From Candidatus Atelocyanobacterium thalassae (lineage in GTDB: Bacteria; Cyanobacteriota; Cyanobacteriia; Cyanobacteriales; Microcystaceae): 32,000 bases of DNA. The notes beneath the pieces were generated by a model, which saw only the letters and a list, made by a program, of their open reading frames with translations, had not been told where the DNA came from and did not search any database. The DNA lies in contig JBFPLN010000003.1 of NCBI GenBank assembly GCA_051971635.1, positions 245,210 through 277,209 on the forward strand, written 5' to 3'. Positions 17,767 to 27,267 of this stretch are shown here, piece after piece (position 1 is the first letter of the stretch; the number at the start of each line of letters is the position of its first letter). A program made the position numbers and the translations under genes.

Positions 17767-18405
17767 TTATTTTCCTCTAATTGTAGGGTAAATGGAAAGT
17801 TTCACAACTTTGGCTAATCCATTCTTTTGTTCTACTTTTTTCAAGTTTTTAATCTTAGTTTCTAATTCTTTTACGACACTAGAATACTCCCAAGTTTTAC
17901 GCTGATTAGTTAAAATGGTGATACTTTTATAAGTTAAATTTGTTCCATTTCTTTGTTTATAATTACTTACATAATTTGTAATATCTTTTTTTAAAATTTC
18001 TTTTTCTCCTTCTAATTTCTCTATCAAACTACATATTTCTAAATATCTATCAATTTGTTGTTGAAATGATAAAGATAAAGAGTTGAGTACTTTTTCAGTA
18101 TTTATTTGATTTTCATCTTGGTTCCAGCAAGGTGTATAAAAAATAAGATATTCTGCTTCTATATCTTCTATGTCTGTCTGTCTACAAGGTAAGTAATGAA
18201 TCTTGTAGATATTTTTTTGGTACAAAATTGATAAGTCATAGTCTAATAAATATTGCCTAAGATTTGTGGATTTGCCAATGTAGTGTACATATCCAGAGTC
18301 ATTAGCTAGTACATAAATGCCTGTTTCTTCTGGTAAATTAAACAAACTATCTAAGTTAACTGTTTTTAAATCTTCTAATAAGGGTAGATTTGGTAAGTTA
18401 GACAT
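17767..18405 (-). CDS. GIY-YIG nuclease-domain protein with a coiled-coil-like C-terminal half
   Basis: The full GIY-YIG signature is present: GIYVL, YIGKS, R in NLRQ, E in EAEYL, N in CWNQ. The C-terminal half (about 110 aa) is K/E-rich with heptad-like periodicity. The longest ORF starts at TTG (18444). The ATG at 18403-18405 (MSNLPNLP...) is the more likely start. Confidence 0.7.
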   Translation of the reverse strand: MSNLPNLPLLEDLKTVNLDSLFNLPEETGIYVLANDSGYVHYIGKSTNLRQYLLDYDLSILYQKNIYKIHYLPCRQTDIEDIEAEYLIFYTPCWNQDENQINTEKVLNSLSLSFQQQIDRYLEICSLIEKLEGEKEILKKDITNYVSNYKQRNGTNLTYKSITILTNQRKTWEYSSVVKELETKIKNLKKVEQKNGLAKVVKLSIYPTIRGK

Positions 18406-18490
18406 AAAAAATTCTCCAGCTTTCTTACGAAAGATAAAGTACAATTTAGAAAAATAATCATTAATATTAATAATACGATAATAAGAAATT

Positions 18491-19933
18491 ATGTTTGATG
18501 TTCTTACTGATCGCTTAGAAGAGGCTTGGAAAAAACTACGTGGTCAAGATGCAATAAATCATACAAATATACAAGAAACTTTAAAAGAAGTTAGAAGAGC
18601 ACTGTTAGAAGCAGATGTAAATTTACAAGTAGTCAAAAATTTTATTATAGATGTTGAAAAATCTGCAATTGGTACAAAAGTTATAGGAGGAGTCAATCCT
18701 GGTCAACAATTTATAAAAGTTGTTTATGAGGAATTAGTAAAAGTTATGGGAGAAAGTAATTCTCCTCTAGCAAAAGCAAAAAATAATCCTACAGTTATTT
18801 TAATGGTTGGCTTGCAAGGAACTGGTAAAACAACCGCAACAGCAAAACTTGCTCATTATCTTAAAAAACAAACCCAAAGTTGTTTAATGGTTGCTGCAGA
18901 TATATATCGTCCTGCAGCTATTGATCAATTAAAAACACTAGGAAAACAGATTGAGATCCCGGTTTTTGAGCTAGGTAATCAAGAAAATCCCGTTAATATT
19001 GCGATCCAAGGTGTTAGCCGCGCAAAAGAAATGGAAGTTGATGTAGTCATTGTTGATACAGCAGGACGCCTGCAAGTTGACCCAGAAATGATGCTGGAAT
19101 TAACTCAAATAAAAGAAAGTATTAATCCGGATGAAACTTTGCTAGTCGTGGATGCCATGACAGGACAAGAAGCTGCTAATCTTGCTCAAGTTTTTCATGA
19201 GCAAGTTAAAGTAACGGGAACAATATTAACCAAAATGGATGGAGATACCAGGGGTGGGGCAGCTTTATCAGTTAGACAAGTTTCAGGACAGCCTATTAAA
19301 TTTGTTGGTATTGGTGAAAAAATAGATGCCTTGCAACCTTTTTATCCTGAGAGAATGGCCTCTAGGATATTAAATATGGGTGACATCCTTACACTGGTAG
19401 AGAAAGCTCAGGAAGAGATTGATCTTTCTGATATGGAACAACTACAATCTAAAATTCTAGATGCAAAATTTGATTTTAATGATTTCCTTAAACAAACACG
19501 TTTAATGAAAAGCATGGGATCATTTAGTAGTATTTTAAAAATGGTTCCAGGGCTAAATAAAATTAACACAAAAGATATTGAAAAAGGAGAAAATGAACTA
19601 AAACGGACTGAAGCTATGATTGGCTCTATGACGCTAGAAGAACGTAAAAATCCAGATTTATTGGCAAAGTCTCCAAATCGTAGAAAGCGTATTGCTAGAG
19701 GTTCAGGACATTCTGAAATTGAAATTAGTAAACTAATCAAAAACTTTACTCGAATGCGTGCAATGATGCAGCAATTAGGTAAAGGTGGAATGCCAGGCAT
19801 GGGAAGTGGAATGCCAGGAATGGGAGAATTGTTTGGTCAAAAAATATCTGCTGGATTGCAAGATTATCAGAAAGGAAGCCAAAAGAAAAAAACAAAAAAA
19901 ATAAAAAAGAAAAAGGGTTTTGGAGATCTATAA
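18491..19933 (+). CDS. ffh: signal recognition particle protein Ffh
   Basis: 480 aa. It has the SRP GTPase motifs GLQGTGKTT, DTAGRL and TKMDGD. The M-domain is Met-rich and the tail is basic (GMPGMGSGMPGMG...KKKTKKIKKKK). Confidence 0.97.
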   Translation: MFDVLTDRLEEAWKKLRGQDAINHTNIQETLKEVRRALLEADVNLQVVKNFIIDVEKSAIGTKVIGGVNPGQQFIKVVYEELVKVMGESNSPLAKAKNNPTVILMVGLQGTGKTTATAKLAHYLKKQTQSCLMVAADIYRPAAIDQLKTLGKQIEIPVFELGNQENPVNIAIQGVSRAKEMEVDVVIVDTAGRLQVDPEMMLELTQIKESINPDETLLVVDAMTGQEAANLAQVFHEQVKVTGTILTKMDGDTRGGAALSVRQVSGQPIKFVGIGEKIDALQPFYPERMASRILNMGDILTLVEKAQEEIDLSDMEQLQSKILDAKFDFNDFLKQTRLMKSMGSFSSILKMVPGLNKINTKDIEKGENELKRTEAMIGSMTLEERKNPDLLAKSPNRRKRIARGSGHSEIEISKLIKNFTRMRAMMQQLGKGGMPGMGSGMPGMGELFGQKISAGLQDYQKGSQKKKTKKIKKKKGFGDL

Positions 19934-20035
19934 AATTCTAACTACTTAACTTCTCATAACAATAATTTTGTCTAGCACAGAGAACTCCACTAAATATAAA
20001 AAGTATCCGGTGAATTAGATAAATTTATCTCACTA

Positions 20036-20911
20036 TTAAAATTTATGTGTTATGAAAATTCCTAACATTTTTTCACCTAAAATTTCTGGCTGTTCTATCA
20101 TGGACATATGTCCACAATTTGGAAGATCAATAACGTTTTTACCCTGAAAGTTAAAAAGCTTATGAAAACTAGCTAAATATCTCACATATTGAGGTTCAAT
20201 TAAAGTATCTTGTCCTCCAGCAAAAAAATATACTGGTTGTGTCAAACGTGCGACAATTTGTGGTAGGGTATGGACCTCTGCTTCAGTTGTTGAATTTAAT
20301 AAAGAGCCCAGTGCAGCTATTGGATCGGCTCTCATTAAATCTATTACCCTTTGTTTCCCCCATCTTCTGGCTACAGGGCTTGTTATCATTATTTTTGAGA
20401 AAAGAATATCAACTAACAGAACATTTAATAATGAAGATAGTTTATATTTAACCAACTGTTTTTCAACAAGACGAAATCTTTCAAATTCTTCTTTAAGATA
20501 TATTCCACCACCAACATTTAAACAAACTACTCCTTGAATTTTTTCTGGACAGAGCTCAGCTCCCCATAAAGCAATACTTGCTCCAAGAGAGTGACCTATG
20601 AGCCAACTTCTATGAATTTTTAATTTTTCTAATAGAACGATCAAATCCTTTGCATAAGTCTCTAAAGCATAAGAGGAAGATATTTGTAGATTTTGAGATG
20701 AGAAATTATTTATAGGTTGAGAATCTCCAAATCCTCTAAGATCATAAATAAGGCAAGAATACTTTCTAGAAAGTCTTTTAATGAGAGGAGACCAGTATTG
20801 GCGACTTAACAACCAACCATGAACGAAAATTAGAACAGGTGCAGATGAATTAACTGGAGACGAAGTTAACTCATAAGTGTGAGAAACTCCTAAAATATTT
20901 ATAGTTGGCAT
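20036..20911 (-). CDS. alpha/beta-fold hydrolase
   Basis: 291 aa. It has the HG oxyanion motif (IFVHGW) and the nucleophile elbow GHSLGA. A C-terminal CGH provides the catalytic His. The substrate is unknown. Confidence 0.85.
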   Translation of the reverse strand: MPTINILGVSHTYELTSSPVNSSAPVLIFVHGWLLSRQYWSPLIKRLSRKYSCLIYDLRGFGDSQPINNFSSQNLQISSSYALETYAKDLIVLLEKLKIHRSWLIGHSLGASIALWGAELCPEKIQGVVCLNVGGGIYLKEEFERFRLVEKQLVKYKLSSLLNVLLVDILFSKIMITSPVARRWGKQRVIDLMRADPIAALGSLLNSTTEAEVHTLPQIVARLTQPVYFFAGGQDTLIEPQYVRYLASFHKLFNFQGKNVIDLPNCGHMSMIEQPEILGEKMLGIFITHKF

Positions 20912-21008
20912 ATTGTGTCTTACCTCATGGGAAAGTCATGATGACATTATTAGTTAAAACCATTTGATGCCAATAGTCTTATCTAATTGTAATTTATATG
21001 GAGTTCTG

Positions 21009-21269
21009 ATGCTTAACTTTATCTCTACAGATTTTAAATCTATAAGCACAAAAATATTAGTCGTTTCTATTAAAAGTTATAAAAAATACATTTCTCCATT
21101 TTTACCTTCTAGTTGTCGGTTTCAACCAACATGTTCAGAATATATGCTAGAGGCTGTACAAAGATTTGGACCTTTCCATGGTACTTTATTAGGAGTTAAA
21201 AGGATTCTTCGATGCAATCCTTTTAGTACTTCAAAGTATGATCCCGTACCGTCTAAAATAACAAAGTGA
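21009..21269 (+). CDS. yidD: membrane protein insertion efficiency factor YidD
   Basis: It has the conserved YidD core YKKYISPFLPSSCRFQPTCSEYMLEAV and RCNPF. The start is ambiguous: TTG 20964, ATG 20967 or ATG 21009. The last gives the family-typical length of about 86 aa. Confidence 0.85.
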   Translation: MLNFISTDFKSISTKILVVSIKSYKKYISPFLPSSCRFQPTCSEYMLEAVQRFGPFHGTLLGVKRILRCNPFSTSKYDPVPSKITK

Positions 21270-21491
21270 TTATAAATAAAGTGAATTTTATTTACTATCT
21301 TAATAAGTATTTAAAAACTTAAATAAAAAGATGGCACATCATATTGTCTCTTTGGGTTGCAGTATAAAAAATAGTAAATATTTTCTTTAATTTTTAGTAT
21401 CAAAATTATTTTTTATTTAAAACTAGTTAAACGTCTACGAAACTGTTTTTAAGCAATGCTGCAAATATTGACATCATGTATTTTCTTAGCG

Positions 21492-21540
21492 AAATTATCG
21501 AAAGTACCTTATCTTGCAGATAAGGTACTTTCGATAATTT
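21492..21540. terminator. perfect 23 bp hairpin at the yidD / pgsA convergent junction
   Basis: The arms aaattatcgaaagtaccttatct [tgc] agataaggtactttcgataattt have no mismatch. The hairpin lies 43 nt beyond the pgsA stop on the minus strand and about 220 nt beyond the yidD stop on the plus strand. Confidence 0.6.
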
Positions 21541-21583
21541 TGTCATATATAGTTTTAAGATTTCGTTTTCATAAAATAGAAAA

Positions 21584-22129
21584 TTACATATTTTTGGGGT
21601 TACCTTTTTTTAACTTAATATCAGGAATAATGTAAATTAATCCTGATATTAATGTTAAAACTACAGATAACCAAAATAATATATTGGTGAAACCATCCCA
21701 GTTTTGAGGAAGAGGTGCAATAATAAAAGCAATGGCTATGATTTGACTAACTGTCTTAGTCTTACCCCAAATCCTAGCTTCTTTGGGGCCTCTACTATTT
21801 TTAATACTATTAATTCGATAATAAGTTATTGCTATCTCTCTCAAGGTAATTAGAGCTACCCCAAATACAGAAAGTTGTTGTGTTATTACTAAACCTGACA
21901 GAGTCAAGATGATGAAAATTTTATCTATCAAGGGATCAAGAAATTTACCTAATTCCGTAACTTGATTCATTTTTCTAGCTAAATATCCATCTATCCAATC
22001 TGTAGAAGCTATTATAAGAAAAGTTATTAGACTAATCCAACGACTAAAAAGAATAGGTGTAATCAAAAAATAAAAGAGAAAAAAAACTCCTATTAAACGG
22101 CTTATAGTGATCCAATTAGGAATATTCAT
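21584..22129 (-). CDS. pgsA: CDP-diacylglycerol--glycerol-3-phosphate 3-phosphatidyltransferase
   Basis: 181 aa polytopic membrane protein. It has the CDP-alcohol phosphatidyltransferase motif DWIDGYLARKMNQVTELGKFLDPLIDK. Confidence 0.9.
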   Translation of the reverse strand: MNIPNWITISRLIGVFFLFYFLITPILFSRWISLITFLIIASTDWIDGYLARKMNQVTELGKFLDPLIDKIFIILTLSGLVITQQLSVFGVALITLREIAITYYRINSIKNSRGPKEARIWGKTKTVSQIIAIAFIIAPLPQNWDGFTNILFWLSVVLTLISGLIYIIPDIKLKKGNPKNM

Positions 22130-22169
22130 TAATAACTTCTTAGAAATACAATATAATTTACTATTTTTA

Positions 22170-23360
22170 TTAGATACCTATTTCTTGTAGCTTACCACGT
22201 AGGATATTTGCTTCTATTTGTTTATCTTGAACCTCATAAAGTTTTATAGCTTTTTGAAATGCTTCAGAACTTTTAGAAATTTTTTTTAACTTAAATAAAA
22301 TTACTCCTAAGTTTTGATAAATCTCAGCACAATTAGGATTTAGAGAAATTAACTTTTTATAAATGATTACAGAATCTAATAGTCTTCCCATAGCACTTAA
22401 AACTATGGCAAGGTTATAGTAACCGGTTAAAAAATTAGGATCAATTTTTAAAGTTATTTCATAAACTTTGGCTGCATCTTTAAAATTTTTTATATTTTGT
22501 AAAGCGACCCCATAATTATTATAGGCACCCAGCTTTAAAAAATCCATAATATCTTGAGCCACTGCCTTTTTATAATGTTTTATGGCTCGTTCGTTATTAT
22601 TTGTTTTAGTATAAATATTACCTAGGTGATAATGTAATTCAAATAGTATATGAACATTTTCTTTGTTAAATTTTAAACCTTGTTTAAATAACTTAATAGC
22701 TTGTTTCTCCCTACCTGCTTGAGAATATATGGCTCCTAACTTACTACAAGTATATGAATCATATGGATATTTTTTTAAGAAGCTCTCCATTGCCTCTTTA
22801 GCGCGATCATATTTATTCAAGGATAAAATTTGACCTGGAGTATAACCATAATGGAATATAGAGACTATAGGAAGGTCTACAATTTTCCAGCAATTTTCTA
22901 CTTCTAATAGCTTAGTTATGCTCTCATCTATAGAAGAATGATAAGGACGAAAAAAAGAAATGCTTGAATGATTACGAAATAAACGAGAAACTAGAGAATA
23001 AGGAGATTGAGATGCCCCTACTTCATAACGTACTAAATTAACTACTAAACTATCTTTTTGAGCGATATATTTTTTGATTTGCGGAATGGCCTCTTTATTG
23101 ATAATTTCATCAGCATCGAGAACTAGCACCCAATCTTTAGTAACATATTTTAATGCTTCATTTCTCGCTGATGAAAAATCGTTATTCCACTTAAATGTAG
23201 GAACAATTGCTCCAAATTTTTTAGCAATTGCTATGGTTTTATCAGTTGAACCAGTATCTAAAACTATTATCTCGTCAACTAACTCTTTAATACTATCTAG
23301 ACATTCAGATAGTCTCTCCTCTTCATTTTTAACAATCATGCAAAGACTAAGTTCTGTCAT
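22170..23360 (-). CDS. family 2 glycosyltransferase fused to C-terminal TPR repeats
   Basis: The GT-A/GT2 N-terminus has LSLCMIVKNEE, VLDTGSTD and the DxD motif in LVLDADE. The C-terminal half (about 200 aa) consists of TPR-like repeats (A..Y...G.....A...F..AL...P). The longest ORF begins at TTG 23384. The ATG at 23358-23360 (MTELSLC...) is the preferred start. Confidence 0.85.
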   Translation of the reverse strand: MTELSLCMIVKNEEERLSECLDSIKELVDEIIVLDTGSTDKTIAIAKKFGAIVPTFKWNNDFSSARNEALKYVTKDWVLVLDADEIINKEAIPQIKKYIAQKDSLVVNLVRYEVGASQSPYSLVSRLFRNHSSISFFRPYHSSIDESITKLLEVENCWKIVDLPIVSIFHYGYTPGQILSLNKYDRAKEAMESFLKKYPYDSYTCSKLGAIYSQAGREKQAIKLFKQGLKFNKENVHILFELHYHLGNIYTKTNNNERAIKHYKKAVAQDIMDFLKLGAYNNYGVALQNIKNFKDAAKVYEITLKIDPNFLTGYYNLAIVLSAMGRLLDSVIIYKKLISLNPNCAEIYQNLGVILFKLKKISKSSEAFQKAIKLYEVQDKQIEANILRGKLQEIGI

Positions 23361-23769
23361 TTTTAATCTAAAGCTATTTTTCAATCTAATAGGTTATTAG
23401 AATTCGGCAGTAAATATGATTCTTTATATAGTATATTGTTAATAACATAATATTGTAGTTAATAATAATATTAATGATATTCAGTAAACTGAAAAACATT
23501 TAACTCTTAAATAGAATAAATTTCTTAGTATTTTTAAAAAAGGCACGGCTTCCTTTCATATAGGTGAATTTTTGCTTATGTCTCCGGAAATATAGATATT
23601 TCATTTATTTTTTTAAAAAACGCTTCAAATAAAAAAGCACTAGAACGGGTAAGACATTGTTTTAAATTTTTTCTCACAACTATCTCTTTACTTTAAAAAT
23701 CAATAAAGAATTATTGTGTATGGGTATAGTAATGATCCACTTTTTATTAAAGTTCATATAGATTATCTT

Positions 23770-25239
23770 ATGTCATTGACTCTATTAACATCAAAGGAAA
23801 TTCCTCAATTAATCTATCAACCTAATCGTGAGCACTTTGATGATACTTGGCGAAAACCATTAAGTATTTTATTAGGGTTAGGAAGAGCCGCAGGGGCAGA
23901 TTTTTTAGAATTTTTTTTAGAAAGAACTAACTATCTCAGTTGTTTAGCAGAAGAGGAAATTATTACAGCTATTTCTCCTTCTTTATCTTCTGGTGCTGGG
24001 ATACGTATTTTTAAAGGCAAAGCTGATTGCTATGTAAGTACTAACAATATTTCATTCAAAGGTCTTAGAGTAGCTTTAGAAAAAGGACTATCTATTTTAG
24101 GCTTAAGTTTACCTTGTTCTAACTCTTATGTTTCAGAAGTAAATTTAGATTTATTAAAAGACTATACTATCAATAAGCAAAAAGAATCATGGTTGTCAAA
24201 ATGTATTGCAATTGAAGAAATACGACAAATCCTACTTTCAGCAAACCAGTCAATCACTGCAAAAGTTAACCATATCCAATCTCGCCGTTCCACTTATTTT
24301 AGAAATTGGCAAGAAGTTCTAGTTGCTTCCAGTGATGGTACCTTTGCTAGAGATATTCGTCTTACTCAATCCGTTGGTTATTCTTTACTGTGCGCAGATA
24401 GGGAACATCGTAGCTCAATAAATAAACGTTTTGGCGACACTAGTAACATTAACTTTTTAAGACAATGGGATTACGAAAATGCATCAGAAGAGATTGCAGA
24501 ATCTGCTGGAAGAATGCTTTATGCTGATTTTGTTGAATCAGGTAATTATCCTATAGTTATGGCAAATAAGTTTGGTGGAGTAATTTTCCATGAAGCTTGC
24601 GGACATCTTTTAGAAACTACTCAAATAGAAACTCATACAACTCCGTTCATAAATAAAAAAGGGCATAAAATTGCACATGAAAATTTGACAGCTTGGGATG
24701 AAGGATTATCGGATAAAGCTTTTGGAAGTATTGATATGGATGATGAAGGAATGCCTTCCCAAAGGACTCTTTTAATAGAAAACGGTATTTTAAAAAACTT
24801 TCTATCTGATCGAGCTGGCTATCTTCGTACTGGATTTCCCCGTACAGGTAATGGAAGACGTCAAAATTATGCGTATGCTCCAGCGTCTCGAATGCGTAAT
24901 ACGTATATTGCTCCTGGCGATTATTCCATAAGCGATATTTTTGCCTCTATAGATAAAGGGATTTATTGTAAACAAATGGGTGGTGGTAGTGTTGGAGTTA
25001 CAGGTGAATTCAATTTTTGTGTTTCTGAGGCATACCTAATTGAAAAGGGAAAATTAACAAAACCTTTAAAAGGAGCAACTTTGATTGGAATAGCTCAAAA
25101 TATAATGAACGAAATTTCAATGTGTTCACAAGATTTAGAGTATGCTCCAGGATTTTGCGGCTCTACAAGCGGTAGTATATACGTTACTGTTGGTCAGCCA
25201 CATATTAAAGTTGATAAGATTACTGTAGGTGGTCGTTAA
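23770..25239 (+). CDS. tldD: TldD/PmbA-family metalloprotease (TldD-like)
   Basis: It has the HExxxH metal site in [10 protein letters not shown] and the C-terminal GxC/GGG-type blocks typical of TldD (GNGRRQ.Y...P..RM.NT, GGGSV). The longest ORF starts at GTG 23716. The ATG at 23770 ([10 protein letters not shown]...) is preferred. Confidence 0.88.
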   Translation: MSLTLLTSKEIPQLIYQPNREHFDDTWRKPLSILLGLGRAAGADFLEFFLERTNYLSCLAEEEIITAISPSLSSGAGIRIFKGKADCYVSTNNISFKGLRVALEKGLSILGLSLPCSNSYVSEVNLDLLKDYTINKQKESWLSKCIAIEEIRQILLSANQSITAKVNHIQSRRSTYFRNWQEVLVASSDGTFARDIRLTQSVGYSLLCADREHRSSINKRFGDTSNINFLRQWDYENASEEIAESAGRMLYADFVESGNYPIVMANKFGGVIFHEACGHLLETTQIETHTTPFINKKGHKIAHENLTAWDEGLSDKAFGSIDMDDEGMPSQRTLLIENGILKNFLSDRAGYLRTGFPRTGNGRRQNYAYAPASRMRNTYIAPGDYSISDIFASIDKGIYCKQMGGGSVGVTGEFNFCVSEAYLIEKGKLTKPLKGATLIGIAQNIMNEISMCSQDLEYAPGFCGSTSGSIYVTVGQPHIKVDKITVGGR

Positions 25240-25569
25240 GATAAAAACTTAATAAGTATATGTTGTGTTAAATATATTTATAAAAAATAACCACCACAAT
25301 TAAGTATTATTTCAAATAATCAAATATAATTTATCAGCTGTATATTTATTTTTGAAAAAAATAATAATGTTTGCAGTGAATATATTAAGTTCGCTGGTTT
25401 ACATCTTGATTGAAAATATAATCTCTTACATGCTTCTGAAACACCATAAGACCCAAAATATAATTAATTTTAGATACAGCTTAACATTATTCAATAATAT
25501 CAATAATTAAATGTTTAATTCTAGAAAAATTAATAACTAAAAAGTGAAATATATTTTAGATTTAAAATT

Positions 25570-27054
25570 ATGAACTCATCTAAAATCACAAAAATTGAAT
25601 ATGTTGATGTTGTTATTGTCGGCGGCGGTATAGCTGGAATAGCAACTGCAGAGTTCTTAGCTCGTCATAGTAATTTATCTATTAAGCTTTTAGAAAAAGC
25701 TTCTCACCTGGGAACTGCGTCATCAGGAAAATTGGAAGGATGGTACCATACTGGGGCGCTATATTCTGGACAAGATGATGCACAAACATTCATTAATTGT
25801 GTAAATGGAGTTGAAGATTTAATTAATTTTTATACTCCATATTTTACCTCTCAGTGCAATATCAATTTGTCAGAAAAAAGAACTAATTTTTTTACACCTT
25901 CAGTTATTCCCAAATCGGGAAGTTGGTTTGATAATTCTCCAGTTTATTTAATTCATCCTCAACTTGGTTCTCCAGAAATTTATCTTTCTCGTCTTAAAAG
26001 CGATTTAATACATATTAATAATCAAAAAGAAAGAGTTTTAGGAAGATTAGAAGCTGCCTATGGGGAACAGCATAATTGGTTGGTTAATAATAGATGTACT
26101 GCTCCAAATTATGCCCAAGTTGAAAACAATGAGAGAATAGAATCTTCTCTAAAACAATCAACGACTACTATTCGTAATCTTTGTAATCAATTTAATTTGT
26201 CATATGGAATAAAAACTACTACCTATGACTATATTAAAACTTTAGATTGTTCTATGAATACTGATAAAATTTTAAAGGATTTAGTATCTAGCTCTCTTAG
26301 CCATGGCGTAAATTTTGAAACAGGAATTAAAATTGAAAAATTGTCGATGGATAATTATGGGCCTATTCGTTTGAAGAGTTTATTATGCGAAACAAAAGAA
26401 GGACTATTAAAAAAATTTAAGGCACGATTATTTATTTTTGCTGTTGGTAATGGATTTGAACCATTTTTAAGAGATTTACAAATAAGAGCAAGATTAAAAT
26501 GCAATAAAAGTACTATGCTAGTAGCTGTTCCTCCTCTTGCTGATGTAAATTTCTTTAGGATGTCAACTAAAAATCATTTTCATTTCAATCATTTTCTACG
26601 ACAGCCAGATCCTAATAGTCATGCCTATTCAATATTGGCTAATTCTGGCTATGTTAATAGTGAAATAAATCATGAAATTAATACTGATCCTATTTTAGAA
26701 GCAGCAGAGCGTTATTTTGGCGCTACTAATTTATATAGTAGAGAATTATATAGCTATGAATGTACAAAAACTGAATTCGTTAGTGAAGAAGAACAAAAAC
26801 GACGTTATAGTTATTGGATTGAATCTAAGCCAAATAGTAATTATATATGCATACTGCCAGGAAAATTCTCCTTTTTCCCCACAGTAGCTTATCAAGCTTA
26901 TCAAAGAATTAGAACCTTGTTAGATTTTCAAGAGATAAAGCCTAAATTAAAATTTCAGACCACTGATGATCTTGAAATCAAAGCGAATAGTTTAGTAGCT
27001 AATTCATATTCTTCTCAAATTTCTGTAAATAGTTATTCTCCTATTATTAAATAG
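25570..27054 (+). CDS. FAD-dependent oxidoreductase (DAO/GlpD-like superfamily), function unknown
   Basis: 494 aa. It has an N-terminal Rossmann dinucleotide motif (DVVIVGGGIAGIATA ... LLEK) followed by GTASSGKLEGWYHTGALY, which is analogous to the GTS..S..IHGGLRY block of DAO-family flavoenzymes. I can recognise nothing in the remaining 400 or so residues. Confidence 0.75.
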   Translation: MNSSKITKIEYVDVVIVGGGIAGIATAEFLARHSNLSIKLLEKASHLGTASSGKLEGWYHTGALYSGQDDAQTFINCVNGVEDLINFYTPYFTSQCNINLSEKRTNFFTPSVIPKSGSWFDNSPVYLIHPQLGSPEIYLSRLKSDLIHINNQKERVLGRLEAAYGEQHNWLVNNRCTAPNYAQVENNERIESSLKQSTTTIRNLCNQFNLSYGIKTTTYDYIKTLDCSMNTDKILKDLVSSSLSHGVNFETGIKIEKLSMDNYGPIRLKSLLCETKEGLLKKFKARLFIFAVGNGFEPFLRDLQIRARLKCNKSTMLVAVPPLADVNFFRMSTKNHFHFNHFLRQPDPNSHAYSILANSGYVNSEINHEINTDPILEAAERYFGATNLYSRELYSYECTKTEFVSEEEQKRRYSYWIESKPNSNYICILPGKFSFFPTVAYQAYQRIRTLLDFQEIKPKLKFQTTDDLEIKANSLVANSYSSQISVNSYSPIIK

Positions 27055-27267
27055 TAGTAAGAATAGTTATTACAAATAACTTATGTATTAAGTTTAAGGT
27101 ACTTTCCTTTTATTATAAAAAATAATTCAAAGTATGTTAAGTATTATACTAAATAGTACTTAGTTATTTTTAAATGATAATTTCTAAATTAGGTATCTAA
27201 AAAATATAATTTTAACTATTATTTTTTGACTCAAAATTACAGATTCAATAAATAATTTTTATAGATA

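Noticed and set aside
19408-19800. 130-aa minus-strand ORF antisense to ffh.
   Set aside because: It is a shadow ORF within the conserved M-domain coding region.
20239-20451. 70-aa plus-strand ORF antisense to the alpha/beta hydrolase.
   Set aside because: It is a shadow ORF.
21521-21532. The 12-mer taaggtactttc is shared between the 21492-21540 hairpin and the spacer at 27094-27105, suggesting a dispersed repeat.
   Set aside because: A single shared 12-mer in 32 kb of biased-composition DNA is expected by chance. The flanks do not match, and the second site has no inverted partner.
23074-23400. 108-aa plus-strand ORF antisense to the GT2-TPR gene.
   Set aside because: It is a shadow ORF overlapping the conserved GT-A catalytic region.
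23770-25239. tldD lacks an adjacent pmbA/tldE partner.
   Set aside because: The two genes are not obligatorily linked in bacteria, so absence from this window says nothing about the genome.
25367-25510. 47-codon ORF (MFAVNILSSLVYILIENIISYMLLKHHK...) upstream of the FAD oxidoreductase, with a hydrophobic N-terminus.
   Set aside because: I recognise no family, there is no Shine-Dalgarno, and the C-terminal half is an Asn/Ile-rich low-complexity tail typical of random AT-rich translation. It would only be worth revisiting if it is conserved in relatives.
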